Assembly: GCA_900554485.1 (NCBI GenBank)
Contig: USHO01000001.1
Location: forward strand, 1-40,128
Source of the DNA: an uncultured Eubacteriales bacterium
GTDB taxonomy: Bacteria; Bacillota; Clostridia; Christensenellales; Borkfalkiaceae
DNA: 40,128 nt
Reading direction: 5' to 3'
Each line of letters opens with the position of its first letter. The first letter of the stretch is position 1. The position numbers were made by a program, and so were the translations under genes. This document shows, piece after piece, positions 17,085 through 26,643 of this stretch. The notes beneath the pieces were generated by a model. The model saw nothing but the letters and a program-made list of their open reading frames with translations, was not told where the DNA came from and made no database searches.

Positions 17085-18848
17085 ATGAATAAAAATGCCA
17101 ACGGCAGAATTCTCGCTCTCAGACGTAGTGCGGACTACATGAAAAGGAGCCTTGTTTGGGTAGTGATAGCCCTGATACTTGCGGCGGCAAGCGCGGTAAT
17201 AACGATCATCGGTCCCGATAAAGTCGGCGATATAGCAAATATCATGTCGGACGGACTCTTCGGCTCGATTGACCTCGGAGCGATCGCAAAAATCGGTATC
17301 GCTTTAATCTGCCTGTACTGTTTCAGCGCGGCTTTCGGATTTCTGCAACAATATATAATGGCTGTGGTTACTTTGAAAATGTCGTATAAACTCCGCGGAG
17401 AATTGTCCGCAAAGATAAACAAAGTACCGCAGAAATATTTCAATACTACATCGCAGGGCGACGTGTTAAGCCGTATTACAAACGACGTCTCGACTCTTCA
17501 GCAAGGGCTTACAAACAGTCTTCCGACTATAATAGGTGCGGTTACGCAATTTGTCGGGTGTCTGATTATGATGTTTGTTACCGAATGGCGACTTGCGCTT
17601 ATTTCGCTCGGGATAACATTTCTCGGGATGGCTCTGACTGTCGTTATAATGAAGAGATCGCAGAGATACTTTGTGGCAAGGCAGAAGTGTCTCGGCGAAC
17701 TTAACGGGTATATCGAAGAGACGTATTCCGGACACGAGGCGATAAGGCTTTCCAGAGCAGATAAAAAAGTTAATTCGACATTTGACAAATTAAATCTCGA
17801 CGTTTACGATGCTAACTGGAAATCTCAGTTTTTATCCGGAATAATGCAACCCGTCATGAGTGTGATAAGCAACGTCGCGTATGTCGCCGTATGTGTTTTC
17901 GGATCTGTATTCGTAGTAAACGGAACGATAAAATTCGGTGTCATAGTTTCGTTCATTCTGTATGTCAGACTTTTTACTTCGCCGCTTACGCAGATAGCGC
18001 AGGGGCTTACGAATCTGCAGACAGCATCGGCGTCGGCGCACAGAATATTCGATTTTCTCGAAAGCGAAGAAATGCCGGACGAAAGCGAAAAAAACAAAGA
18101 ACTTCTTTCCGTCAGGGGCGACGTAGAATTTTCTCACGTCAGATTCGCTTATCCCGATACGCCCGATAAAATCGTTATCAAAGATTTTTCCGCAAGGGCG
18201 AAAGCCGGACAGAAAATTGCGATAGTAGGTCCTACCGGGGCGGGTAAAACCACAATGGTTAATCTGCTTATGAGGTTTTTCGATATAAACGGCGGAGATA
18301 TTACGATAGACGGAGTGTCTATCAACGATATTACGCGAGAAAATGACCATAAACTGTTTTCTATGGTATTACAGGATACCTGGCTGTTTGAGGGAACGGT
18401 TCGCGAAAATCTTGTATACAATATGAAAGGTATAACCGACGAACGGCTCGAAGAGGTATGCAAAGCGTGCGGACTCGATAAATTCGTGCATTCTCTTCCC
18501 GAAGGATTCGATACCGTATTGTCTGAAAACACTTCTGTTTCGACGGGACAAAAGCAATTATTGACTATAGCCCGTGCCATGTTACAGAATTCTCCGATGC
18601 TGATACTTGACGAGGCAACTTCGTCGGTCGACACCCGCACGGAACTGGTGATTCAACGCGCGATGGACGAACTTATGAAGGGAAGAACAAGTTTTGTCAT
18701 AGCGCATCGTCTGTCAACGATCAAAAACGCCGATCTGATTCTGGTGATGAACGGCGGAGACGTCATCGAAAGCGGTTCGCACGACGAACTGATGAGAAAA
18801 GGCGGATTTTACGCCGAATTGTATAACAGTCAATTTTCAAACAGTTGA
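17085..18848 (+). CDS. ABC exporter half-transporter (TMD-NBD), consensus-NBD partner
   Basis: Walker A GPTGAGKTT, Walker B MLILDEATSSVD, H-loop IAHRLSTI, but a degenerate signature VSTGQ. ATG 17085 lies 6 nt after GAGGTG. The ORF-track start is GTG 17076. Confidence 0.88.
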   Translation: MNKNANGRILALRRSADYMKRSLVWVVIALILAAASAVITIIGPDKVGDIANIMSDGLFGSIDLGAIAKIGIALICLYCFSAAFGFLQQYIMAVVTLKMSYKLRGELSAKINKVPQKYFNTTSQGDVLSRITNDVSTLQQGLTNSLPTIIGAVTQFVGCLIMMFVTEWRLALISLGITFLGMALTVVIMKRSQRYFVARQKCLGELNGYIEETYSGHEAIRLSRADKKVNSTFDKLNLDVYDANWKSQFLSGIMQPVMSVISNVAYVAVCVFGSVFVVNGTIKFGVIVSFILYVRLFTSPLTQIAQGLTNLQTASASAHRIFDFLESEEMPDESEKNKELLSVRGDVEFSHVRFAYPDTPDKIVIKDFSARAKAGQKIAIVGPTGAGKTTMVNLLMRFFDINGGDITIDGVSINDITRENDHKLFSMVLQDTWLFEGTVRENLVYNMKGITDERLEEVCKACGLDKFVHSLPEGFDTVLSENTSVSTGQKQLLTIARAMLQNSPMLILDEATSSVDTRTELVIQRAMDELMKGRTSFVIAHRLSTIKNADLILVMNGGDVIESGSHDELMRKGGFYAELYNSQFSNS

Positions 18849-18869
18849 TCGGCAATAAATTTTATCCGA

Positions 18870-18903
18870 ATGAGGTAACCCGAAACGGTTTACCTCATTT
18901 TTT
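18870..18903 (+). terminator. Intrinsic terminator after ABC exporter genes
   Basis: ATGAGGTAACC (18870-18880) pairs with GGTTTACCTCAT (18887-18898, one bulge), then a T-run to 18903. Confidence 0.7.
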
Positions 18904-19081
18904 CATATACTGAAATGGTCGCATGCAGTCTCGTTATGAAATTTATCGTGTTTTATTGCTTGCGGAATCAAGCAATATATGATATAATAAATAAAATATT
19001 TTCGCATCTATGTATTTTAACCGAAACAAGAATTTATACCGCCGCATTATGAAACAGTAACAAAATCAAAGGAGATATAAT

Positions 19082-20431
19082 ATGAAAAAAAGAATCACAA
19101 GATTGATCGTCGCGGCTTTCGTCGCGATAATCATGTCGGGAATTTCGGCATGCAAGAATAGCGAGACGAAAAAAACCGATGACTTCGCCGATCTGATCGC
19201 AGCCAGAGATGCCGCTCTCGATACGGTCGACGGGTATACTTTTGCCCGACATTTTGTTTTGTCGCGCGGTGAAAATTCGCGGACGATTAATCTGTCGGAA
19301 ACAAAGAACGGCAACAAGTATTATTCCGTCGAAGAACACGAATCCGTGTTAAACGGAGTAAAAAGGCGTGAAGCGAAGACCACAAAAGTAATAAAAACCG
19401 TGACGGTCGACGGGGTCGAACGAACAAAACTCTACGAAAAAACAGAATCACCCGAAAGCGGTGAAATCTTTTCAGAAAGCGGAAGATATGTCGCGCCGGA
19501 TAAAGCGGAAGAAGAGATGAGTTATTCGCCCGCCGATGCGATGGAGGAATATCTGATCGGTAAAGGCGAAACATACGACGATATTTGCAAAATAATTGTC
19601 GACGAGTGCGAAACCGACGACATATTGTTTTCTCTCGAACGCGGCGACGACGATTCCGTTACGTTCGGCTATGCCATGGAATATCGCCGGGAATCCGATT
19701 CGTCCGAAGACAGTTATTCGATAGTCGGAACATATAAGGCGCGTATTATAGCAAAAGACGGTAAAATAACCGAAGTAGGATACGATGACGAATATGAAGT
19801 CGTTTACGAAGATGTAACGAAAAATTTCACGGAATCCGATTGCGAAACGATAAATTTCTCTTATAACGATTTCGACGACGCGTTTTATAACGGTATTTCG
19901 GTTGAAACCGATACGACCGAAAACGAGTATATCGGCTATATAGAATTCAAAATTAACGGCTATATGTATTCTCCGACTATGTATGTTCCCGTCGGCGATA
20001 CCGTTACAAATGCCGACGTAATGAATTTCTTCGGCGATTTTGATACGCAAAGTACTTTTATAACCATAAGATCCGAAGTTTTATTGCCGCAGATTTCGAT
20101 TTTTATCGACAAGGCTATGACGACGCCGTTTACCGCAATAACCGTTGACGAATATCGCGGAAGAACGATGTTATATGTCAGAATGACTCCGCCGACAGAT
20201 AAAGCGTGGGTTATCAGCGTAATCGATATTTACGACGAAAACAATAATTATAAATATCAGATGATCAGATATGTTCAGGGAACTATGTCGCAAGGGGATA
20301 CCGCTTATTTTAATGCAGACAATTCTCTGAGCGGGCACAGGGTAATATCCGTAGACGGCGGCGAGCCTTCCGCCGACGGTAAATATTATTTCGATAAAGG
20401 TACGATTCACGTATTCGTTATAGAGAGATAA
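19082..20431 (+). CDS. Acidic lipoprotein of unknown function (449 aa)
   Basis: Signal peptide with lipobox MKKRITRLIVAAFVAIIMSGISAC. Strong SD AAAGGAG. The mature part is D/E/Y/T-rich with no motif I recognise. Confidence 0.7.
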   Translation: MKKRITRLIVAAFVAIIMSGISACKNSETKKTDDFADLIAARDAALDTVDGYTFARHFVLSRGENSRTINLSETKNGNKYYSVEEHESVLNGVKRREAKTTKVIKTVTVDGVERTKLYEKTESPESGEIFSESGRYVAPDKAEEEMSYSPADAMEEYLIGKGETYDDICKIIVDECETDDILFSLERGDDDSVTFGYAMEYRRESDSSEDSYSIVGTYKARIIAKDGKITEVGYDDEYEVVYEDVTKNFTESDCETINFSYNDFDDAFYNGISVETDTTENEYIGYIEFKINGYMYSPTMYVPVGDTVTNADVMNFFGDFDTQSTFITIRSEVLLPQISIFIDKAMTTPFTAITVDEYRGRTMLYVRMTPPTDKAWVISVIDIYDENNNYKYQMIRYVQGTMSQGDTAYFNADNSLSGHRVISVDGGEPSADGKYYFDKGTIHVFVIER

Positions 20432-20556
20432 AACAAACGTTTGTGATCGGCGAAAAAATTCGTTTTTTAAATTTTTATAAATTTCTTCAAAAAATTAGAG
20501 GGTTTTTACATTTTTATATAGAATAATATAATAGAGTAATATTTTGTGAGAAATAT

Positions 20557-21576
20557 ATGGGCGGAATCTTCTTTAACGAAAAACAAAAGACTTATGAAAA
20601 AGAACGCGCTTTCTTTTCGCCTTACGCATGTTTTTCCGAAAACACGCGGGGCAGAGAAAGGGTTGAAGAGCCGTGTCCTATGCGTACGGAATTTCAACGT
20701 GACAGAGACAGAATAATTTATTCAAAAGCCTTCCGCAGATTAAAGAATAAAACGCAGGTTTTCTTTTCCCCGGAAGGAGACCACTATATGACGCGTCTTA
20801 CTCATACCCTTGACGTGGCGCAGATTGCTCGTTCTATTTCCAGATGTCTGTCGCTTAACGAAGATTTATCAGAGGCGATCGCCCTCGGTCACGATCTTGG
20901 ACATACTCCTTTCGGGCATTCCGGGGAAAGAGTTCTTAACAGATTGAATCCGCACGGTTTTGAACACAACGTTCAGTCGTTGAGGGTGGTTGAGAAATTG
21001 GAAAACGACGGAGAAGGGCTGAATCTGACATACGAAGTTCGCGACGGTATAGTCGAACACAAAAAATCAGGGCATCCGCATACATGCGAGGGGAAAGTCG
21101 TATCTTTTTCGGACAGAATAGCATACCTCAATCACGATATAGACGATGCGTTTCGCGCAGGCATTATAACCGAACGCGATCTTCCCGAAAAAACGATTAA
21201 GGTTCTCGGCAGGACGACAAGCGAACGTATAAACACGATGATATTGTCGGTGTACGAAAGTTCGCTCGGTAAAAGCGAAATTACACTCGGAGACGAAATA
21301 TCGGCGGCAGCGGACGAATTGCGTGATTTTATGTTTGAAAAGGTATACATAGGTTCTGCAGCCAAAGCCGAAGAGGGCAGAGCGGAACAAATGATAGAAC
21401 TTATGTACGGGTATTTCAAAACTCATAAGGACAAGTTGCCCGAATTTTATCTGAAAGAATTGGAAACATACGACGAAGATACGGTCGTGTCCGATTATAT
21501 TTCAAGTATGACGGACAGGTATGCGGTTTACGCATTTGAAGAAATCTTTGTGCCGAAGAATTTCTTCTTAAGATAA
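20557..21576 (+). CDS. dGTPase-like HD-domain triphosphohydrolase
   Basis: FQRDRDRIIYSKAFRRLKNKTQVF and HD motif LGHDLGHTPFGHSGE. Conserved position upstream of dnaG. Confidence 0.85.
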   Translation: MGGIFFNEKQKTYEKERAFFSPYACFSENTRGRERVEEPCPMRTEFQRDRDRIIYSKAFRRLKNKTQVFFSPEGDHYMTRLTHTLDVAQIARSISRCLSLNEDLSEAIALGHDLGHTPFGHSGERVLNRLNPHGFEHNVQSLRVVEKLENDGEGLNLTYEVRDGIVEHKKSGHPHTCEGKVVSFSDRIAYLNHDIDDAFRAGIITERDLPEKTIKVLGRTTSERINTMILSVYESSLGKSEITLGDEISAAADELRDFMFEKVYIGSAAKAEEGRAEQMIELMYGYFKTHKDKLPEFYLKELETYDEDTVVSDYISSMTDRYAVYAFEEIFVPKNFFLR

Positions 21577-21616
21577 CCACGTTATTATCGTAAAATGAAA
21601 AAAGGAGGCGGGCAGT

Positions 21617-23419
21617 TTGGCGTTAGACGAAAATTTCATAAACGACCTTAAAGCAAAGAACGATATAGTTGACGTCGTCGGTAAATATTGTGTTCTGAAA
21701 AAACGCGGTAACGTAAATTACTGGGCTTGCTGTCCGTTGCCAGGACATTCGGAAAAAACGCCGTCGTTTACGGTTAATTCCGCGGGGCAGTTTTTCAAGT
21801 GTTTCGGATGTGGGCGCGGCGGAGACGTGATTACATTCGTCAGGACTATGGAGAACCTAGATTATGTAGGCGCGGTGAGGTATCTTGCGGAACGGGCCGG
21901 ACTGGCTCTTCCGGACGACGACAGAGATTATAAACAGATAGCGAAAGATCGTTCCGACAGAGAAAGATTGCTGTCTCTTATGAAGACGACGGCGTATTTC
22001 TATGTGAACAACCTCAAAACCGGCAATGCCGTACTTCATCGCGAATATCTGAAAAAACGCGGAATAGACGCAAAAACGGCCACGGCTTTCGGATTAGGCG
22101 CATCGCTCGATATGTTTTCCCTTCCGTCTCATCTGAAATCTAAAGGTTTTACCGAAGAAGAAATGTTGAAATGCGGCGTATGTCAGCGCAGGGATAGAGA
22201 CAACGGGAAATCTTTCGTATATGATGCGCTGTCGGGCAGACTTATTATCCCGATAATCAACAATCTCGGCAGTGTCGTGGCATTCGGCGGAAGACTTCTC
22301 GAACAAAAACCGAATTTTGCCAAATACAAAAATACGAAAGAGACCGAACTGTTTGTTAAAAACAGAACATTGTACAATATCAATAATCTGAAAAAAGAGA
22401 AGAATCTTTACGGTTTATCGGATATAATTATGGTTGAAGGGTATATGGACGTAATTTCCGTATATTCCGGCGGATTCAGGAACGTGGTTGCGTCGATGGG
22501 GACATCTTTAACCGTCGAACAGGCGCGAATGCTTAAACGTTACGCCGATACCGTGCTTATCAGTTACGACGGCGACGGCGCAGGTCAGAAAGCTACAATC
22601 AGAGGGCTTGAAATCCTTGCTAACGAGGGATTAACTGTCAGAGTTGTTCAACTTCCGGACGGGCTGGATCCCGACGACGTTATAAAAAAACGCGGAGCGG
22701 ATACGTACGGCAAACTTCTCAAAGAGAGCATACCTCTGACCGATTTCAAGTTACAGAATCTGAAAAAAGAATTCGATATAAACGATACGACGGGTAAACG
22801 TCGGTATATCGCCGAAGCGATAAAAATAATATCGAAGGTCGAATCGGAAAGCGTAAAAGAAGATTTGTTGCGCAAACTCGGCAAAGATACCGGTACGACA
22901 TACGAGTCTTTAAGCAGAGACGTTTCAAAAGTGGAAAGCGTCGGAAAAACAAAAACAGGCGAAACCGTCGAAAAGGCGACCGAAGCCGTCGAGCAGAAAA
23001 GCAGAAACGCCGGCGCGGCAAGATTCGCGCTTTGCGCTATGCTGTTCAATAAGCCGTATTCAAAATATGCCGATTTAAGCGGTTTCGATTTGTTGCCCGT
23101 TCACAGAAGATTGTGGGATACCGTAGCCTCATACCGCGAACAAGGGAGAGAGGCGTTCCCGTCGGAACTTGCAAGCGAGTTTTCCGGTGACGAACTTACG
23201 GAGTACAACGCCGTTCTTTCTGCGGGCGACAGCGTATTCGGTACGTCAGGAGAGCGAAAGTATTTTATCGATTGTATCAATTCTCTGAAAAAAGAGACTC
23301 TCGAAAACGAACTTAAAGAGTTGAATGCGGTTTATTCCGCAGAAACCGACACCGAAAAAAGAAAAGAACTTCTGCCCGCGATTGCGGGCGTAACCGCAAA
23401 ACTTTCAACGCTTAAATAG
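21617..23419 (+). CDS. dnaG: DNA primase
   Basis: CHC2 zinc finger CPLPGHSEKTPSF...FKCFGCGRGGDVITF. TOPRIM motifs MVEGYMDV and YDGDGAGQKA. TTG start with GGAGG upstream. Confidence 0.93.
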   Translation: MALDENFINDLKAKNDIVDVVGKYCVLKKRGNVNYWACCPLPGHSEKTPSFTVNSAGQFFKCFGCGRGGDVITFVRTMENLDYVGAVRYLAERAGLALPDDDRDYKQIAKDRSDRERLLSLMKTTAYFYVNNLKTGNAVLHREYLKKRGIDAKTATAFGLGASLDMFSLPSHLKSKGFTEEEMLKCGVCQRRDRDNGKSFVYDALSGRLIIPIINNLGSVVAFGGRLLEQKPNFAKYKNTKETELFVKNRTLYNINNLKKEKNLYGLSDIIMVEGYMDVISVYSGGFRNVVASMGTSLTVEQARMLKRYADTVLISYDGDGAGQKATIRGLEILANEGLTVRVVQLPDGLDPDDVIKKRGADTYGKLLKESIPLTDFKLQNLKKEFDINDTTGKRRYIAEAIKIISKVESESVKEDLLRKLGKDTGTTYESLSRDVSKVESVGKTKTGETVEKATEAVEQKSRNAGAARFALCAMLFNKPYSKYADLSGFDLLPVHRRLWDTVASYREQGREAFPSELASEFSGDELTEYNAVLSAGDSVFGTSGERKYFIDCINSLKKETLENELKELNAVYSAETDTEKRKELLPAIAGVTAKLSTLK

Positions 23420-23435
23420 CGGAGGATAAAACCAT

Positions 23436-24491
23436 ATGAGCATTACCGAAGAACAATTAGAACAATTAAAAAACGATTTCGTCGCGGTATATAAGCCGAA
23501 GGGCAGTATCGGGTCGGATACGCTTTGCGATAAACTCGAAAAGATAGATATCGATTCGTCGCAAATGGAAGAGATTTATAAGGTTCTCGAAGACAACGGG
23601 ATCAGGATTGTCGACGATTACGAGAAAGACAAAGAACTTTACGATCAGTTACTGAAAGAAATCAGTATGGACGATCCCGTAAAGATGTACCTTAAAGATA
23701 TAGGTAAAGTACCGTTACTTTCTGCCGATGACGAAATCGATCTTGCGAGAAAGATGATGGACGGCGACGAAGACGCAAAACGAGAACTATCGGTCGCAAA
23801 CCTTCGACTCGTCGTTTCTATCGCAAAGAGATACGTAGGTAGGGGCATGCAGTTTCTCGATTTGATTCAGGAAGGTAACCTTGGGCTTATGAAAGCCGTA
23901 GAGAAGTTTGATTATCAGAAGGGTTTCAAATTTTCCACTTATGCAACATGGTGGATACGTCAGGCGATAACCCGTGCGATTGCCGACCAGGCGAGGACGA
24001 TAAGAATACCCGTTCACATGGTCGAAACTATAAATAAAGTCGTCAGGGTGCAGAGACTTCTGTTACAGCAATACGGCAGAGAGCCGACGCCCGAGGAAAT
24101 CGCAAAAGAAATGGGCATACCGGAACAGCGTGTCATTGAAATTCTGAAAATCTCGCAGGATCCCGTCTCGCTCGAAACACCTATCGGCGAGGAGGAGGAC
24201 AGCCATCTCGGCGACTTTATAGAGGACGAGCAGGCTCTTGCGCCGACGGACATCGTTGCAAGCAATCTTCTGAAAGAGCAACTTATCAAAGTACTTGATA
24301 CGCTTACGCCCAGAGAGGAAAAGGTTTTAAGGTTGCGTTACGGTCTTGACGACGGTAAACCGAGGACATTGGAAGAGGTCGGTAAGGAATTCAACGTTAC
24401 GCGTGAACGTATTCGTCAGATAGAGGCGAAAGCACTTCGTAAACTTCGTCATCCGTCCAGAAGTAAGAGGTTGAAAGAATTCATTGACTAA
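23436..24491 (+). CDS. sigA: Primary RNA polymerase sigma factor (sigma-70/SigA)
   Basis: Region 2 [49 protein letters not shown]. Region 4 [30 protein letters not shown]. Confidence 0.95.
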   Translation: MSITEEQLEQLKNDFVAVYKPKGSIGSDTLCDKLEKIDIDSSQMEEIYKVLEDNGIRIVDDYEKDKELYDQLLKEISMDDPVKMYLKDIGKVPLLSADDEIDLARKMMDGDEDAKRELSVANLRLVVSIAKRYVGRGMQFLDLIQEGNLGLMKAVEKFDYQKGFKFSTYATWWIRQAITRAIADQARTIRIPVHMVETINKVVRVQRLLLQQYGREPTPEEIAKEMGIPEQRVIEILKISQDPVSLETPIGEEEDSHLGDFIEDEQALAPTDIVASNLLKEQLIKVLDTLTPREEKVLRLRYGLDDGKPRTLEEVGKEFNVTRERIRQIEAKALRKLRHPSRSKRLKEFID

Positions 24492-25119
24492 ACGACTCGA
24501 AACTCTTTTATCGCTTATACCGCAATGCGGAATTTTCGCGGATATAGGTTGCGATCACGGGTATATCGCAAACGCAATGCTTTTACGTCGTAAATGCGAA
24601 AGGGTAATCGTTTCGGATATATCCGCCGAGTGTCTGAAAAAAGCCGAGACTCTGTTATCGCAGAACTTTCCCGATAAATTTGCTGCCGTCGTGTCGGACG
24701 GATTCGATAACGTCGGTTTTGCGGATTGTGCGCTTATAGCCGGTATGGGCGGAGATATTATTTCCGAAATATTATCGTCGGCAAAAAATCTCCCGGAACA
24801 ACTTGTTCTGCAACCTATGAAAAACACCGAAAAGGTTCGGCGTACGGTTATAGGCTCAGGATATAAAATTTTACGCGATTACACGTTCAGAGACGGTAAA
24901 TTTTACGACGTTCTGGTTGCATGTAAAGGCGACGGAGGGTTTTATACCGATATGGAATATGCGTTCGGGCGAGATAATCTGAAAGAAAAAGGCGACGATT
25001 TCGTCGCAATGATCAATGTGGCTATTGCCGGACTCGAAAATGCCGAAAGCAAAGCATCAGACGACGCAAAAGATAAACTAGAAAAGAGAATTGCACACAT
25101 GCGTGAGGCGTTAAAATGA
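24484..25119 (+). CDS. trmK: tRNA (adenine22-N1)-methyltransferase TrmK-like
   Basis: N-terminal [22 protein letters not shown], typical of TrmK/YqfN. TTG start overlaps the sigA stop. Same position as yqfN after sigA in Bacillus. Confidence 0.78.
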   Translation: MTKRLETLLSLIPQCGIFADIGCDHGYIANAMLLRRKCERVIVSDISAECLKKAETLLSQNFPDKFAAVVSDGFDNVGFADCALIAGMGGDIISEILSSAKNLPEQLVLQPMKNTEKVRRTVIGSGYKILRDYTFRDGKFYDVLVACKGDGGFYTDMEYAFGRDNLKEKGDDFVAMINVAIAGLENAESKASDDAKDKLEKRIAHMREALK

Positions 25120-25892
25120 ATTATAAAGATATATTCGCGAAACTTTGCGGTATCGCGCCGATAGAATTATCGGATAAACTGGTGAAACTGGAAGACGGAT
25201 ACGATAACAGCGGAATAATCGTCGGCAATAACGGAAATATAAATAAAATATTGTTTTGTCTGGATTTAACCTGTGAAAGCGTTAAGGCGGCGATTAAAGT
25301 CAACGCCGATATGATAGTTACGCATCATCCCGCAATATATCGACCTGTCAAGGCGGTGGCGGAGAATTCTCCGTTATACGAGTGTATACGCAACAATATT
25401 GCCGTTATATCGATGCATCTGAATCTGGATTGCGCGCAAGAGGGTATAGATTATTATTTTGCCGAAGGACTCGGCGGAAAAATTACAGAAATTATCGAAC
25501 CGCTCGGCGATAATGTCGGGTACGGCAGAGTTTCGGAACTGCATAACGTAACGGCGAAAGACCTGGCGCGGAGATACAGAGAAGTTTTTTCGACGGATAA
25601 ATTCTGGTTATACGGCGATGAAAATAAAAAAATAGAGCGATTGGCATCGTTTTGCGGCGCAGGGCTGGATGAAACGGCTGTCGACGAGGCTGTAAAACGC
25701 GGCGCAGACGCCGTAGCGTCTGCGGATATTCCGCATCATGTTTTATTGAAAGCATTGGAATGCGGATTGATTGTGTTAAGTTGCACCCATTATGCGACCG
25801 AAAATTACGGCGCAGGAAAATTTGCGGATAAATGCCGCGAGATATTAAAAAGCGAAGAAATATATTTCTTCCGCGACGAAAGGTTTGCCTGA
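25116..25892 (+). CDS. NIF3-family dinuclear metal centre protein (YqfO-like)
   Basis: DNSGIIVG..., ADMIVTHHPAIYRP, C-terminal THYATE. ATGA overlap with trmK. Confidence 0.85.
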   Translation: MNYKDIFAKLCGIAPIELSDKLVKLEDGYDNSGIIVGNNGNINKILFCLDLTCESVKAAIKVNADMIVTHHPAIYRPVKAVAENSPLYECIRNNIAVISMHLNLDCAQEGIDYYFAEGLGGKITEIIEPLGDNVGYGRVSELHNVTAKDLARRYREVFSTDKFWLYGDENKKIERLASFCGAGLDETAVDEAVKRGADAVASADIPHHVLLKALECGLIVLSCTHYATENYGAGKFADKCREILKSEEIYFFRDERFA

Positions 25893-25917
25893 CGTGCGCG
25901 GACGGAAGGAGAAAAAT

Positions 25918-26622
25918 ATGATAGAAAAATTACTTGCATATCAGGATGTTGACAAAAAACTCAAAGACATCGAGACGGAACTCGGCAAAAGCGAAGAGCG
26001 TAAAAAGACTCATTCGGCGCAGACCTTTCTTAAAGGCGTAAACGAACAGATAGCCGCGTTGGACGGCAGAGCGGAAGAGTTGGCTAATACGTTTTCGGCA
26101 TTGACGTCGACTTACGGTAAATTATGCGAAGAAATCAAGGAATATGACGGACTTGACGTCGGCGACGATCTCGAGCAGGTTGCGTATATCAAGAAAAAGG
26201 CGCAAGCTTTGTCAAACGAAATCGAGGCTCTTGCCGCGACTTTGGAAAACGTTACTAAAGAAATCGGTATTGTTCTTAAAGAGTTCGGTAAGCTCAAAAG
26301 CGAAACGAAAGCGGCAAGAACTCAATATGAAACGTACGCGCCCAAATATAATGCGTTAAAGGATTCAAAAAAGGACGAAATCGATGCTATCCGTAAGGAA
26401 CTTGCATCGATAGAGAAAGATATTCCTGCGGATATTATGGAAAAGTATAAACAAAGGAGAAAAGACAGAATTTTCCCCGTCCTGAACAGGGCGACCGAAC
26501 TCGGTAAAAGCGGTGCGTATTGCGCATGCGGAAAAGCGTTGCCCGATGCTCAGCATAAAACCTTGCTCGGCGGAGGAATCGTAGAATGCGAGTCGTGCCA
26601 TCGTCTGTTATATCTTAAATAA
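25918..26622 (+). CDS. Coiled-coil protein with C-terminal C4 zinc ribbon (COG1579-like)
   Basis: Long E/K-rich coiled coil, then CACGKALPD...CESCHRLLY. Usual partner downstream of NIF3 genes. ATG 25918 follows GGAAGGAG. Confidence 0.7.
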   Translation: MIEKLLAYQDVDKKLKDIETELGKSEERKKTHSAQTFLKGVNEQIAALDGRAEELANTFSALTSTYGKLCEEIKEYDGLDVGDDLEQVAYIKKKAQALSNEIEALAATLENVTKEIGIVLKEFGKLKSETKAARTQYETYAPKYNALKDSKKDEIDAIRKELASIEKDIPADIMEKYKQRRKDRIFPVLNRATELGKSGAYCACGKALPDAQHKTLLGGGIVECESCHRLLYLK

Positions 26623-26643
26623 GCCGTTTGTACTGAGGAGAAA

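Noticed and set aside
18936-19052. 38-aa ORF (MKFIVFYCLRNQ...) in the spacer upstream of the lipoprotein gene
   Set aside because: No SD, AT-rich codons, and it overlaps the likely promoter region. It is indistinguishable from a chance ORF.
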